DNA of 64,000 nucleotides. It comes from Syntrophorhabdaceae bacterium. GTDB lineage: Bacteria > Desulfobacterota > Syntrophorhabdia > Syntrophorhabdales > Syntrophorhabdaceae. The translations under genes and the position numbers were made by a program. The stretch spans positions 640,001 through 704,000 of the forward strand of contig CAXXUO010000001.1 of assembly GCA_963666485.2 (NCBI GenBank). Reading direction: 5' to 3'. The notes under the pieces were generated by a model. The model made no database searches. It was given only the letters and a program-made list of their open reading frames with translations, and was not told the origin of the DNA. The stretch's first letter is position 1. Every line of letters begins with the position of its first letter. Below, piece after piece: positions 30,608-40,082 of the stretch.

Positions 30608-30708
30608 GACACTGGATCCCGGCTTTCGCCGGGATGACGACGGTGGGGGGGCGTGATGACGACGGTGGGGGACGGGATGACGATGACGGGGGGTGGGATG
30701 GAATGATG
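30608..30708 (-). repeat. CGTC-type REP palindrome with a degenerate tandem tail
   Basis: aaagacactggatcccggctttcgccgggatgacg, then repeated gatgacgacggtggggg; related to 63240-63273. Confidence 0.7.
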
Positions 30709-30759
30709 ATAGAATTGTCTATGTATGAACATCTTCTATCTAAATAATGCGCCATTTAC

Positions 30760-30838
30760 ACGTGGAACCCGGAGCGTGGGCCAAGTTCCCTTGATGCCGC
30801 ATTTCCCCGTGGAACGTGGAACGTGGAACGTGGAACAA
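30760..30838. repeat. Heptamer array (GTGGAAC)x4 plus degenerate units
   Basis: ccgtggaacgtggaacgtggaacgtggaac upstream of gatB. Confidence 0.75.
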
Positions 30839-30927
30839 GTTCAGTGCCTTTATTGCAAACCACCATCCACCTGGTGTATATTTTCCTTGTTTCTTCAGCA
30901 ATTTAAGCGCATTCAACGAGGTGTAGC

Positions 30928-32376
30928 GTGGATTATGGTGATTATGAAGGCGTGATGGGCCTCGAGGTCCATGCGCATCTTTTGACACAGAGCAAGATCT
31001 TCTGCGGCTGCTCGACCGAGTTCGGGGCGGAGCCGAACAGCCACACGTGCCCGACCTGCATGGGCCTTCCGGGGGCGCTGCCTGTGCTCAACAAGAAAGT
31101 TGTTGAATTTGCGATCAAGCTCGGGCTTGCCCTTCACTGCTCGATAAGCCATAAGAGCGTGTTCGCACGCAAGAACTATTTCTATCCTGACCTTCCGAAG
31201 GGATACCAGATATCGCAGTACGAAGAACCGATCTGCAACCACGGCTGGCTCGATATCGAGGTCGACGGCCAGGCAAAGCGCATCCGCATCCTCAGAATAC
31301 ACATGGAAGAGGATGCCGGAAAACTCGTCCACGAACGAACGATCGAGACGAGCAGCTACAGCATGGTCGACTACAACCGCTCTTCAACACCGCTGCTCGA
31401 GATCGTCAGCGAGCCCGACTTAAGGACGCCCGCCGAGGCGACAGCGTACCTCAAGGCGCTCCGTGATATCCTTATGTACCTCGAGATATGCGACGGCAAC
31501 ATGGAGGAAGGAAGTTTCCGGTGCGACGCGAACGTTTCGGTGCGCAAAAAAGGTGACGAGGCCTTCGGCACGAGGGCCGAACTCAAGAACCTGAACTCCT
31601 TCCGGTTCATTGAAAGGTCTCTTGACTACGAGATCGAACGCCAGATAGCCCTTATAAAAAAGGGCGGGACCGTCGTCCAGGAGACGCGGCTGTTCAATGC
31701 CGATCAGGGCGTCACCTACTCGATGCGCGGCAAAGAAGAGGCGCACGATTACCGGTACTTCCCGGAACCGGACCTTCTTCCGGTGACTGTCGACGACGCG
31801 TGGATCGATGCCGTACAGAGCACCCTTCCCGAACTGCCGACCGAAAAAATGGAACGCTTTATAACGGACTACGGCCTTCCCCGGTACGACGTGGAGATCC
31901 TGGCATCCGACAGGGAACTCGCGGCGTATTTCGAGGATGTCCTCAAGGTATTCCCCGAACCGAAGACGGTCAGCAATTTCATCATGACGGAACTCCTGCG
32001 GGAATTGAAGGACGGCAGCATATCTCCCAAGGACTCACCCGTCAAGCCCGCGCACCTCGCGGAGTTGCTCACCCTGATAAAGAACGGGACGATCAGCAAC
32101 AAGATCGCAAAAGAGATATTCCCCGAAATATACCGTACGGGGACCTCGCCCGCGCAATACGTGAAGGAAAAAGGCCTCCTGCAGATCTCTGATGAGGGCG
32201 CCATAGAGCAGATAATCGACGCGATACTTGCCCGGTCACCGAAAGAGGTCGCCGATTTCAAGGCCGGAAAAGAAAAGCTCATCGGGTTCTTCGTCGGACA
32301 GGCAATGAAGGAAACAAAAGGAAAGGCGAACCCGGCACTGCTGAATGAGATACTTTTGAGGAAATTGAAATCGTAA
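30928..32376 (+). CDS. gatB: Asp/Glu-tRNA amidotransferase subunit B
   Basis: [37 protein letters not shown]. Confidence 0.97.
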   Translation: MDYGDYEGVMGLEVHAHLLTQSKIFCGCSTEFGAEPNSHTCPTCMGLPGALPVLNKKVVEFAIKLGLALHCSISHKSVFARKNYFYPDLPKGYQISQYEEPICNHGWLDIEVDGQAKRIRILRIHMEEDAGKLVHERTIETSSYSMVDYNRSSTPLLEIVSEPDLRTPAEATAYLKALRDILMYLEICDGNMEEGSFRCDANVSVRKKGDEAFGTRAELKNLNSFRFIERSLDYEIERQIALIKKGGTVVQETRLFNADQGVTYSMRGKEEAHDYRYFPEPDLLPVTVDDAWIDAVQSTLPELPTEKMERFITDYGLPRYDVEILASDRELAAYFEDVLKVFPEPKTVSNFIMTELLRELKDGSISPKDSPVKPAHLAELLTLIKNGTISNKIAKEIFPEIYRTGTSPAQYVKEKGLLQISDEGAIEQIIDAILARSPKEVADFKAGKEKLIGFFVGQAMKETKGKANPALLNEILLRKLKS

Positions 32377-32559
32377 GGCGTAAGGCGTAAGGCGTAAGGC
32401 GTAAGGCGTAAGGCGTAAGGCGTAAGGCGTAAGGCGTAAGGCGTAAGGCGTAAACAAAATAGATTAAATATAAAAGACGTTCAAGACAAAATAGCGTTAG
32501 AATAGTAAAAGATGTTTTTATCGGGTATTTTTTAACGCCTTACGCCCTCACGCCTTACG
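32372..32559. repeat. (CGTAAGG)x11 with an inverted (CCTTACG)n arm
   Basis: Array at 32372-32453, inverted arm at about 32534-32559, AT-rich spacer between them. Confidence 0.9.
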
Positions 32560-32568
32560 GAGGTTTAC

Positions 32569-33594
32569 ATGACCGACCACATTTACTGGAAAAACGGTAT
32601 CCTTTATCTCCTCGACCAGCGGGAGCTGCCGTTCAAAAAGAAGTATGTCAAATGTACAGGCCTCTCCGATGTCATCACGGCCATAAACAACATGACTGTC
32701 CGGGGCGCACCACTACTCGGCATCGTTGCGGCCTACGGCCTCGTTCTAGGGGTGAGGGAACGTACAAAAGCCGGGAGATCCGTCGCGTCCGCCGATATTG
32801 AACGCATCGCGAAAAAGCTGGGAGATACGCGTCCCACGGCGGTAAACCTCTTCTGGGCCCTCGAGAAGATGCGGGACGCGTTCAGGCGCTATGCCGGTGA
32901 CACCGACCTTGTCGAGGACCTCCTGGGCGAGGCCCTCGCGATCCACGTCGAAGACATAGAGAATAATCGGATGCTCTCCCTCTACGGAGCGGAGCTCATC
33001 GAGAACGGCGACACCATCCTCACTCACTGCAACGCCGGAGCGCTTGCAACGGGCGGGTACGGGACAGCCCTCGGTGTGCTGCGCGCAGCGCACGAGGCGG
33101 GCAAGAAGATCAAGGTCATCGCCACGGAGACACGGCCCTATATGCAGGGGTCGCGCCTTACTGTCTGGGAGCTGATGCAGGAAGGGATCCCCGTCGAGCT
33201 CGTACCCGAGAACCATGCGGGGCTTTTGTGCTCCAACAGGATGGTCACAAAGGTCATTACCGGCGCCGACAGGATCGCGCTCAACGGCGACACGGCGAAC
33301 AAGGTCGGGACATTCATGATTTCCCTTGCCGCACGGGAGTTCAAGATCCCATTCTACATCGCCGCGCCGGTCTCGACCTTCGATGCGTCGATCGAGTCGG
33401 GCAGCAGGATCCCGATCGAAGAGCGCAGCGCGCGCGAGGTCAAATATCTCGACGACAGGCTGTTGACCGTGAAGGATGCCCCTGCCCGTTATTATGCCTT
33501 CGACGTCACACCGTCTAAGAACATAAGCGGCTTCATAACGGAAAAAGGCATCATCCAGAAACCGTTCAAGAAATATATCAGCATGCTTTTTTAG
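32569..33594 (+). CDS. mtnA: Methylthioribose-1-phosphate isomerase
   Basis: VRGAP, RPTAVNL, THCNAGALAT, ETRP, NGDTANKVGT. Confidence 0.95.
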   Translation: MTDHIYWKNGILYLLDQRELPFKKKYVKCTGLSDVITAINNMTVRGAPLLGIVAAYGLVLGVRERTKAGRSVASADIERIAKKLGDTRPTAVNLFWALEKMRDAFRRYAGDTDLVEDLLGEALAIHVEDIENNRMLSLYGAELIENGDTILTHCNAGALATGGYGTALGVLRAAHEAGKKIKVIATETRPYMQGSRLTVWELMQEGIPVELVPENHAGLLCSNRMVTKVITGADRIALNGDTANKVGTFMISLAAREFKIPFYIAAPVSTFDASIESGSRIPIEERSAREVKYLDDRLLTVKDAPARYYAFDVTPSKNISGFITEKGIIQKPFKKYISMLF

Positions 33595-33606
33595 CCGGCG
33601 AAAACG

Positions 33607-34377
33607 ATGGGCATTATAACGCTGTGCACCGATTTCGGCACCAGTGACCCGTACGTCGGGATAATGAAGGGGGTCATCCTCGGTGTGAACCCCGAAGCCC
33701 GGATCGTCGACATTACCCACGAGATCGATCCGCAGGATATACGGGAAGCAGCGTTCACCGTCCACGATTACTGGCATTATTTCCCCGCAGGCACCGTCCA
33801 CATCGTCGTTGTCGATCCCACGGTAGGCAGCTCGAGGCGCCCGATCGTCGTCGCCAGCGGCGGGCATTTTTTTGTGGGGCCGGACAACGGTGTATTTTCT
33901 CTGGTCGCAACTGAAGCATCCGAGGTCCGCGTGATAGAGAACCGGGACCTTATGCGCAAGGAAATAAGCGCCACGTTTCACGGACGGGATATATTCAGCC
34001 CCGTGGGTGGGCATCTGTCCCGGGGAACAGCGCCGTCCTCGCTGGGGGCGGCGATAGCGGACCCCGTCGTGCTTGACGACATTCATCCCGTTATAACGGC
34101 GGAGAAGATGACCGGGGATATCGCCCGGTTCGATCACTTTGGCAACGCGATAACGAACATACGCAGCGAAGAGTTTGCGTCATACGTGAAAGGTGCTCCC
34201 TACCGGATAAGCGTCAACGAGCTTTCATTCACGTCGCTCAGCCGCAGTTATTTCGAAGGAGACATGACCTGCCTCACCGGCAGTTCAGGATATATCGAAT
34301 TCGGTATTTTTCGGGGGAATTTCAGGACAATGACCGGGGCGCGCACGCGTGACCCGGTGACGATCACTCTTCAATAG
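33607..34377 (+). CDS. SAM hydroxide adenosyltransferase (DUF62 / chlorinase-fluorinase family)
   Basis: TDFG, VVDPTVGSSR, GPDNG, TFHGRDIF, DHFGN. Confidence 0.9.
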   Translation: MGIITLCTDFGTSDPYVGIMKGVILGVNPEARIVDITHEIDPQDIREAAFTVHDYWHYFPAGTVHIVVVDPTVGSSRRPIVVASGGHFFVGPDNGVFSLVATEASEVRVIENRDLMRKEISATFHGRDIFSPVGGHLSRGTAPSSLGAAIADPVVLDDIHPVITAEKMTGDIARFDHFGNAITNIRSEEFASYVKGAPYRISVNELSFTSLSRSYFEGDMTCLTGSSGYIEFGIFRGNFRTMTGARTRDPVTITLQ

Positions 34378-34567
34378 ACGTCAGGGCGCCCTTTAATTTC
34401 AGGGTCGCGATCTGTATCAGCTGGCCCGCCTCATCTATATCCCGGGATACGGTGTCGAGACCGCCCGTGGCAGCGACCCGGGCCCACTTGCGGTAATTCT
34501 CGGCCAGGTATTCATTGTTCTGGATCAGCTGTTTCAGGACAATGCGTAAACGGTTCTCTTCTTCCAT
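34364..34567 (-). CDS. Small helical hypothetical protein
   Basis: 67 aa with an AGGAGG-like SD (aaggagggagcATG). Confidence 0.6.
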   Translation of the reverse strand: MEEENRLRIVLKQLIQNNEYLAENYRKWARVAATGGLDTVSRDIDEAGQLIQIATLKLKGALTSIEE

Positions 34568-34625
34568 GCTCCCTCCTTATCGTGAGGCCCTTCAACCGGC
34601 TCGTATTACTGGCAATCCCGGCCTT

Positions 34626-36017
34626 TCAGGTTTCACCCGGCTCAATACTCCCGGCCTCGATGGGTAAGGCCTCGGCCGCACTCAATTCGTCGATCTTCTT
34701 CAGGGGACGCTCGAGCATATTCGTCCGCGTCGTGGTCAGTGTATCATACTCCTTTTTTGCCGCGTCGATCCGGTCGCCCATCACCTTGAATTTATCCTTG
34801 TACGCCTTCCATTGTTTCGAGAATTCCGCGAGGAGCTTCAGTATCTCGGAGGCGGTCCTCTCGAGGGCAAAGTTCTCGATGGTCTGGCGGATAATAGCGA
34901 GCACCGCGTACAGGGTGAACGGCGAGCACAGGATGACCTTTTGCCTCAACGCCTCATCCATGAGGGTCGCATCCGATTCCTGGATGAAGCCGTAGACCTG
35001 CTCGTTGGGAATGAACATGATGACGTAATCGACCGTATTCTCGGCGGGGTTGATATATTCGCGGGATGTCACCTGGCGGATCATGATCTTCGTGTTCCTG
35101 ATCAGTTCATCGCGGTAGCGCTTCCTGTCGTTGTCGTTCTCCGCGTCGAGGTAATGCGTGAAATTGTCGAGCGGGAACTTGACGTCCATATTGACCCTGA
35201 GGTCGTTCGGCAGCAGGAACGTATAGTCCGGCCTGCCGGGCGCATTCTCGAGGGTCTTTTGCTTGATATAGTTCACGCCCTCCACCATACCGACAAGGCG
35301 GATGATGTCCTCGGCCATGCGTTCGCCCCATTCGCCCCGCTTCTTCGAGCTTGCGAGCGCGCGCCCCAGGTGCTCCGTCGTATCTTTCAGCTTCGACGTG
35401 ACATCCTCGTGCTTGCGGATGAGCGTCGTGACCTCGGCGATCTTCTCGCCGCTTACCTTGCCCACGTCTTCTATACGCCGCTGGACCTCCTGCAGCGTCT
35501 TGCCAATGGATTCGATGTTCTTGTCGATGAGCTCTTTTTTCGTTTCGAGCTCTTTGCGCCCCTCGACACCCTGGGATTTCAATTTTTCCCCGGCAAGCCG
35601 CATGAAATCCTCGGCGTACACCTTGAACTGGTCTGTATTGTGAGCGAGTGCATCGTGGGAGAGGGCCTTGAACGTTTCGCTGAGTTCTTTCCGGATCGCC
35701 TCGAAGTTCTCCATCTCCTCCTTGAGGCGCCTGTCAGCGGCTTCGCATTGCGTGATCGCCTGTATCCTCGTGTCCCGCTCCGCAGCGAGCGCTTCACGGC
35801 AGCGGTTAAGCTCTTCCTGGCTTTGCTGGCACTGCAGCCTGAGCTCGCCCGTCACGGCCTCGGCCGACCCTGCCCGCGTCTCGAGCTCGGCCTGCCGCGA
35901 CCGGGCGCGCGCGGCGATTATCAGCGAGAAGACGAAACCGCCGACGACAACACCGGCGCAAAAGATGAGCGAGATAACTACCCAGCTCACCAGATGACCC
36001 CGGGATTTATCGCCCAT
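34626..36017 (-). CDS. rmuC: DNA recombination protein RmuC family
   Basis: TM + coiled coil, RGEWGE, RPD...DVKFP, MFIPNE. Confidence 0.88.
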   Translation of the reverse strand: MGDKSRGHLVSWVVISLIFCAGVVVGGFVFSLIIAARARSRQAELETRAGSAEAVTGELRLQCQQSQEELNRCREALAAERDTRIQAITQCEAADRRLKEEMENFEAIRKELSETFKALSHDALAHNTDQFKVYAEDFMRLAGEKLKSQGVEGRKELETKKELIDKNIESIGKTLQEVQRRIEDVGKVSGEKIAEVTTLIRKHEDVTSKLKDTTEHLGRALASSKKRGEWGERMAEDIIRLVGMVEGVNYIKQKTLENAPGRPDYTFLLPNDLRVNMDVKFPLDNFTHYLDAENDNDRKRYRDELIRNTKIMIRQVTSREYINPAENTVDYVIMFIPNEQVYGFIQESDATLMDEALRQKVILCSPFTLYAVLAIIRQTIENFALERTASEILKLLAEFSKQWKAYKDKFKVMGDRIDAAKKEYDTLTTTRTNMLERPLKKIDELSAAEALPIEAGSIEPGET

Positions 36018-36451
36018 TCAATGATCCATCTGCCGCCGCCCGCCTGTTTCAGGCAAACCGCGCTCACCGGTTTGAGGTCAACGATCCTCCGGTTCGCATC
36101 GCCCAGCACCAGGAGGCCAAGGAGCCTATCAAGGAACGGCAGGTGGCCCACGATCGCGGTGTTCTCATCCATCGCGTTGATCCTTGCGACCCAGGCCGCC
36201 GGGTCATCGTTCGGGGCAAGCCCCGCCTCCTCGCGGAGTTCTTTCTTCGGTTTCAATGATTCCGTTATGGCCTGAGCGGTCTCGCATGCCCTTTTTTTCG
36301 TGCTGTGCATGACCGTATCGAGCTCGGTGCCCATAAAAGAGAGGAATTCACCGACCCTGCGGGCATCTTTCATTCCGCGGTCCGTGAGCCCGCGCCCGGG
36401 GTCTTCCTCTTCCGGTTTCGCCTCTCCATGGCGAACAAGGTAAAGCAGCAT
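35987..36451 (-). CDS. sixA: Phosphohistidine phosphatase SixA
   Basis: LVRHGEA, RACETA, VGHLP. Confidence 0.88.
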   Translation of the reverse strand: MLLYLVRHGEAKPEEEDPGRGLTDRGMKDARRVGEFLSFMGTELDTVMHSTKKRACETAQAITESLKPKKELREEAGLAPNDDPAAWVARINAMDENTAIVGHLPFLDRLLGLLVLGDANRRIVDLKPVSAVCLKQAGGGRWIIEWAINPGVIW

Positions 36452-36510
36452 TATTCCCTCGCGTGTTTTCGTTTAAACCCGGCAGCCCCCCACCGGGACC
36501 ACAGTATAAT

Positions 36511-37170
36511 CTATTTCTTGCCGAGCGGCATTACATAAAGGACCTTCTCGCCTGCCGGCAGCCCTATCGCCTTGCCCACGGCGTCCGCATCGAAGCCCGC
36601 CATAGTGACCGTGCCGATGCCGAGGGATACCCCCTCGAGGTAGACATTCTGCGCCGCATGGCCCGCCTCGAGGTACATCCAGCCCTCGTTCTTGGCCCGG
36701 TCCTTTGCCCCGGCTATGACAAGCGCTGCGGGCGCCTTCTGGATCGGCGCCTGTCCCGCCGCCTTGTACAGTTTCTCTTTCATGTCCCCGCCGGCGACAG
36801 GTTCGAGAACATGGCCCGCCGGGACATAGCGGTACATCCCGGGGTTAATCCCCGTTACGTTGCCCGCGAAGAAATATACCGTCAGAAAGTACTGGGCACG
36901 CGCAGACGGCGCGGTCCTCAAGCCGCGCTTCGGCTCGGTGATACCCTGGGCCGCCCACAGTATCTGCGACACATCGCTCATGGAAAGGGGGCTATCTTTA
37001 TATACCCTGACCGTGCGCCTCTCCTTCAGCGCCTTCTCGACAGAGACCGTCCCGTCATATTTCGGCTCCGGCAGTTTGATCTGCGCGCCCGGTTGGGCAG
37101 TCTGGCAATAAGCACCCGTTGCCAGGACGCACAACATGATTGCCGCCAGCACATAAATCATGGACCTCAT
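36511..37170 (-). CDS. SagB/ThcOx-family nitroreductase with a signal peptide
   Basis: RRTVR, WAAQG, RTAPSA, EAGHAAQN. Confidence 0.88.
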   Translation of the reverse strand: MRSMIYVLAAIMLCVLATGAYCQTAQPGAQIKLPEPKYDGTVSVEKALKERRTVRVYKDSPLSMSDVSQILWAAQGITEPKRGLRTAPSARAQYFLTVYFFAGNVTGINPGMYRYVPAGHVLEPVAGGDMKEKLYKAAGQAPIQKAPAALVIAGAKDRAKNEGWMYLEAGHAAQNVYLEGVSLGIGTVTMAGFDADAVGKAIGLPAGEKVLYVMPLGKK

Positions 37171-37266
37171 CTTTCACCTCCGGGATGGAATGAGACAACT
37201 TCCACATGGTAATAATTTTTCCCTGTATTTGCAACAATCAGCAACACCATGAGGAATACCAAAACA

Positions 37267-37295
37267 TTGACAATTCAATTCCGGGCTGTTATAAC
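37267..37295 (+). promoter_or_regulatory. Sigma-70 promoter of tRNA-Ala
   Basis: TTGACA-N17-TATAAC, 11 nt upstream of the tRNA. Confidence 0.8.
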
Positions 37296-37306
37296 TCTAG
37301 ACTCAT

Positions 37307-37382
37307 GGGGCTGTAGCTCAGCTGGGAGAGTGCTTGACTGGCAGTCAAGAGGTCGAGGGTTCGATCCCCTTCAGCTCCACCA
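37307..37382 (+). tRNA. tRNA-Ala (GGC)
   Basis: 76-nt cloverleaf; anticodon arm CTTGA-CTGGCAG-TCAAG; G3:U70; GTTCGA T-loop; encoded CCA. Confidence 0.97.
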
Positions 37383-37398
37383 ATTCTTTCAACACTTT

Positions 37399-37428
37399 AG
37401 GCCATCTTTTCGGTGGCCTCTTTTTTTG
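37399..37428 (+). terminator. Intrinsic terminator after the tRNA
   Basis: AGGCCATC...GGTGGCCT hairpin followed by a T-run. Confidence 0.75.
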
Positions 37429-37622
37429 ATGCGTCTATAGAATAATCACCCGCCATATTTCCTGCCTTCCATCTCGCTTCCTTCTCGCGTTCCTTATATC
37501 AAGGAATAATATTCGGAAAGGAGCACTAAAGATATTAACCCGGATACCGGTTAATTGCGCATATCCGTTGACACAGGCGAAAACAGGCCTACGTTGTTAT
37601 TTAGGATATCTGGAGGTGCAAA

Positions 37623-37850
37623 ATGAAAATAATCCTGGGCGCATTGTTTATCATCTCTACCTTGCTTACCGCGTCGTGCGTGGTAGCCCCTTACTATTAC
37701 GACGATGGTTATCCGTATTATCGCGGCTATTATTATTATCCCCCTTATCTCTACTACAATTATCCTCTTGATGGTCACTATCATGGATATTACAGGGATG
37801 GTCAATATCACAGGGAAGGCGAACATCAAGAATTTCACGAAAGGCATTAG
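37623..37850 (+). CDS. Small Tyr/His-rich putative lipoprotein
   Basis: GGAGG SD, hydrophobic leader ending LTASC, low-complexity Y/G/H tail. Confidence 0.6.
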   Translation: MKIILGALFIISTLLTASCVVAPYYYDDGYPYYRGYYYYPPYLYYNYPLDGHYHGYYRDGQYHREGEHQEFHERH

Positions 37851-37909
37851 TGCCGATCCCCTATTCCCGGAGATGTCTTTGTATCCCCTTCCACTCCACC
37901 ATCGGAATG

Positions 37910-37947
37910 AAAAGGTTACGAAACCGTGATTTCGTAACCTTTTTTTG
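37910..37947. terminator. Terminator hairpin between convergent genes
   Basis: AAAAGGTTACGAAA-ccgtga-TTTCGTAACCTTTTTTT. Confidence 0.75.
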
Positions 37948-38006
37948 TTGCGCAAAAATTGGAAAGCGGGATTCTCAGTCCCGTTTGAATTTTCCGGCTT
38001 CCCGTT

Positions 38007-38663
38007 TTATAAGACTAGTTTTTTGAACTCCTCAAAACCCAGCTGATCGATAAATGCGCCTATACGCTGTTTTGCCGTGCATTTTTCCTTGTAAACGGCT
38101 ATGACCTTGTCGATCATGGCCATGGCGTCTTCATCTGAAAGGTCGCGTGTGAGTTCCTGTGCGAGCCGCGGCTTCGCCCCGCCGCTTCCGCCGACGAACA
38201 GCCTCCAGCCGCTTTTTGACCCGACAAGACCGATATCCTTGATACAAGTCTCGGCACACTGGTTCGGGCATCCGCTCACACCGATCTTGAACTTGCTCGG
38301 GGTTTCGAAGCCGTGATACTTTTCATCGAGCTTAAACCCCATGCCGAGGCTGTCAAGCACCCCTCTTTTGCAGAAGGTCGTACCGGGGCACGCCTTTATG
38401 CTCCTGATACAGAGCCCGACTGCGGCCCCCGGCGTCATTTCCAGGTCCTTCCACACGGCATCGACCTCGTCCTCCTTCAGGCCGACGATCGCAATACGTG
38501 CCGCGCTCGTCACTTTCAGGGCCGCTGCCTTATATTTCTCCGCCACATCGGCGATCTTCCTCAGCGCGGCAGGGCTTACAACACCGCAGGGTATGTGCGG
38601 TGCGACCGCATACGTTTCCTTGTCCCGTTGAAGGATCACTCCTTTGTCTCCGTCTTGAAGCAT
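38007..38663 (-). CDS. Stand-alone nitrite/sulfite reductase 4Fe-4S/siroheme-domain protein
   Basis: LQRDKETY, ACPGTTFC...SGCPNQC, DIGLVG. Confidence 0.85.
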   Translation of the reverse strand: MLQDGDKGVILQRDKETYAVAPHIPCGVVSPAALRKIADVAEKYKAAALKVTSAARIAIVGLKEDEVDAVWKDLEMTPGAAVGLCIRSIKACPGTTFCKRGVLDSLGMGFKLDEKYHGFETPSKFKIGVSGCPNQCAETCIKDIGLVGSKSGWRLFVGGSGGAKPRLAQELTRDLSDEDAMAMIDKVIAVYKEKCTAKQRIGAFIDQLGFEEFKKLVL

Positions 38664-38770
38664 CGTTTTACCTCCTTCTTAACAGTGTGTTTGAGCCTGA
38701 CATTCAGATGCGAAGTTCTTATCTCCCGGAGTCTATCCCGAAGCCCTGAAAATAGCAATAAAATCTGTTA

Positions 38771-39958
38771 GGGGACGTCCTTAAGAAAGTAAGTAGTTGC
38801 TTTCAGAAAAGCTTTAAGCCTTTCATTTCGACTACAATCCTACCCCTTTTCACGGCGAGAACAATGGCAGGCGAGGAAACTTCAAAACGTTCAGCAAGGA
38901 CTTTCAAAGAGGCGCCAAGCTCCGTCACTGCGAAAAAGCAAAATACGCTTCTCGCCTCAGTAATTTTCTTGTATCTTCTGCGTGTATTAATATCCGCAGG
39001 CGATATCCCATAAATGTCACATATTCTTTTCTCTATACCCATAATGTCCAAGCCCGACTGTATCAATTCGTATCGCCGGTTCATTTTTTCTTCTGCCCGG
39101 GCGAGCAAATCCCGGACAAATGATTCGTCCCCCATGATACGTCTGTCATCCTTTAGGAATCCTTCCGGGTGTAACCTCCCGTCCTCGTGCCAGACCCCGG
39201 CAGTTCGGGCCCATCCCCCGGTGACTAGATCAGGTCGATGGCCTTGATCGACACCTGATTCGATAAATTTGTCATATGCGATCCGTGGTTTATTTTGAGC
39301 ACCAAATAAGTCGAGAATATACTCGATGTCCTGCCAGGTAACTTTTAGATTACCAAGAATAGTTGCGTGCCCTGACCAGGGAAACAATGCGAGATCTCGA
39401 TATTCTGGAACAATCCCTGCCCTGAGCGGATTAAGATGAATGTACCGCACCAGTTCTTTCAGGTAGGGCTCCTCCTGACAAATGATCGAGCGATAACGGT
39501 TCCGAAAAAGATGTCCTCTGCGAGCATGCCGCCGATTAAAACTCGCCGCATAACCCGTGAGAAGCCGACCCATAAAGGTAGCCAAAGGTACATCCCCCGT
39601 ACGAAGTAATAAATGCGCATGATTCGACAAAAGAACCCATGCATAGCAGACCGTTCCTGTTTCCGGAATAAGAACTGCTAGTCGTTTTGTGAAATCTGTT
39701 CTATCCGTATTATCGAGAAAGATGCTTGTTCCTGCAATTCCACGGATCATTACATGATGGAGCGCTCCTGTAGCATCAAGACGGGGCTGTCGCGGCATAA
39801 TCACCTCTATTCTGGAATTTATTTTCCTGCCTTTTATGCATATTACTTTTTTCGGGCCAAAATGGGATCGGATTGGAAAAGAATGAAGAAGGGAGACGAT
39901 TTAAGGAACAGCGAAATCAGTGGGTGTGGGGGTTTCTTACTTTCTTAAGGACGTCCCC
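38771..39958. mobile_element. RAYT-like tyrosine transposase element bounded by 23-bp perfect inverted repeats
   Basis: GGGGACGTCCTTAAGAAAGTAAG at 38771-38793 and its reverse complement at 39936-39958; interior visibly more AT-rich than the flanks. Confidence 0.8.
38803..39798 (-). CDS. REP-associated tyrosine transposase (Y1 HUH) with a C-terminal DnaA-like HTH
   Basis: MPRQPR, HHVMIRG, NHAHLL (HUH), GHLFRNRY, RYIHLNP.RAG, PWS. Confidence 0.88.
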   Translation of the reverse strand: MPRQPRLDATGALHHVMIRGIAGTSIFLDNTDRTDFTKRLAVLIPETGTVCYAWVLLSNHAHLLLRTGDVPLATFMGRLLTGYAASFNRRHARRGHLFRNRYRSIICQEEPYLKELVRYIHLNPLRAGIVPEYRDLALFPWSGHATILGNLKVTWQDIEYILDLFGAQNKPRIAYDKFIESGVDQGHRPDLVTGGWARTAGVWHEDGRLHPEGFLKDDRRIMGDESFVRDLLARAEEKMNRRYELIQSGLDIMGIEKRICDIYGISPADINTRRRYKKITEARSVFCFFAVTELGASLKVLAERFEVSSPAIVLAVKRGRIVVEMKGLKLF

Positions 39959-40055
39959 CTGGGCTACTCTTAAGGACGTCCCCCTGGGCTACTCTTAAGG
40001 ACGTCCCCCTGGGCTACTGGGCTCAAAAGTTTCTTACTTTCTTAAGGACGTCCCC
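39943..40055. repeat. Tandem copies of the RAYT element end
   Basis: 25-bp unit TCTTAAGGACGTCCCCCTGGGCTAC x3 (39943-40017), plus a further full 23-bp copy at 40033-40055. Confidence 0.85.
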
Positions 40056-40082
40056 GGCTTTTTGTTATGCCTTTTTATGCTC

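Noticed and set aside
34812..36275. Long antisense ORFs (also 14273-15547, 32746-34137, 59607-60716)
   Set aside because: Shadow frames of real GC-rich genes, with no motifs.
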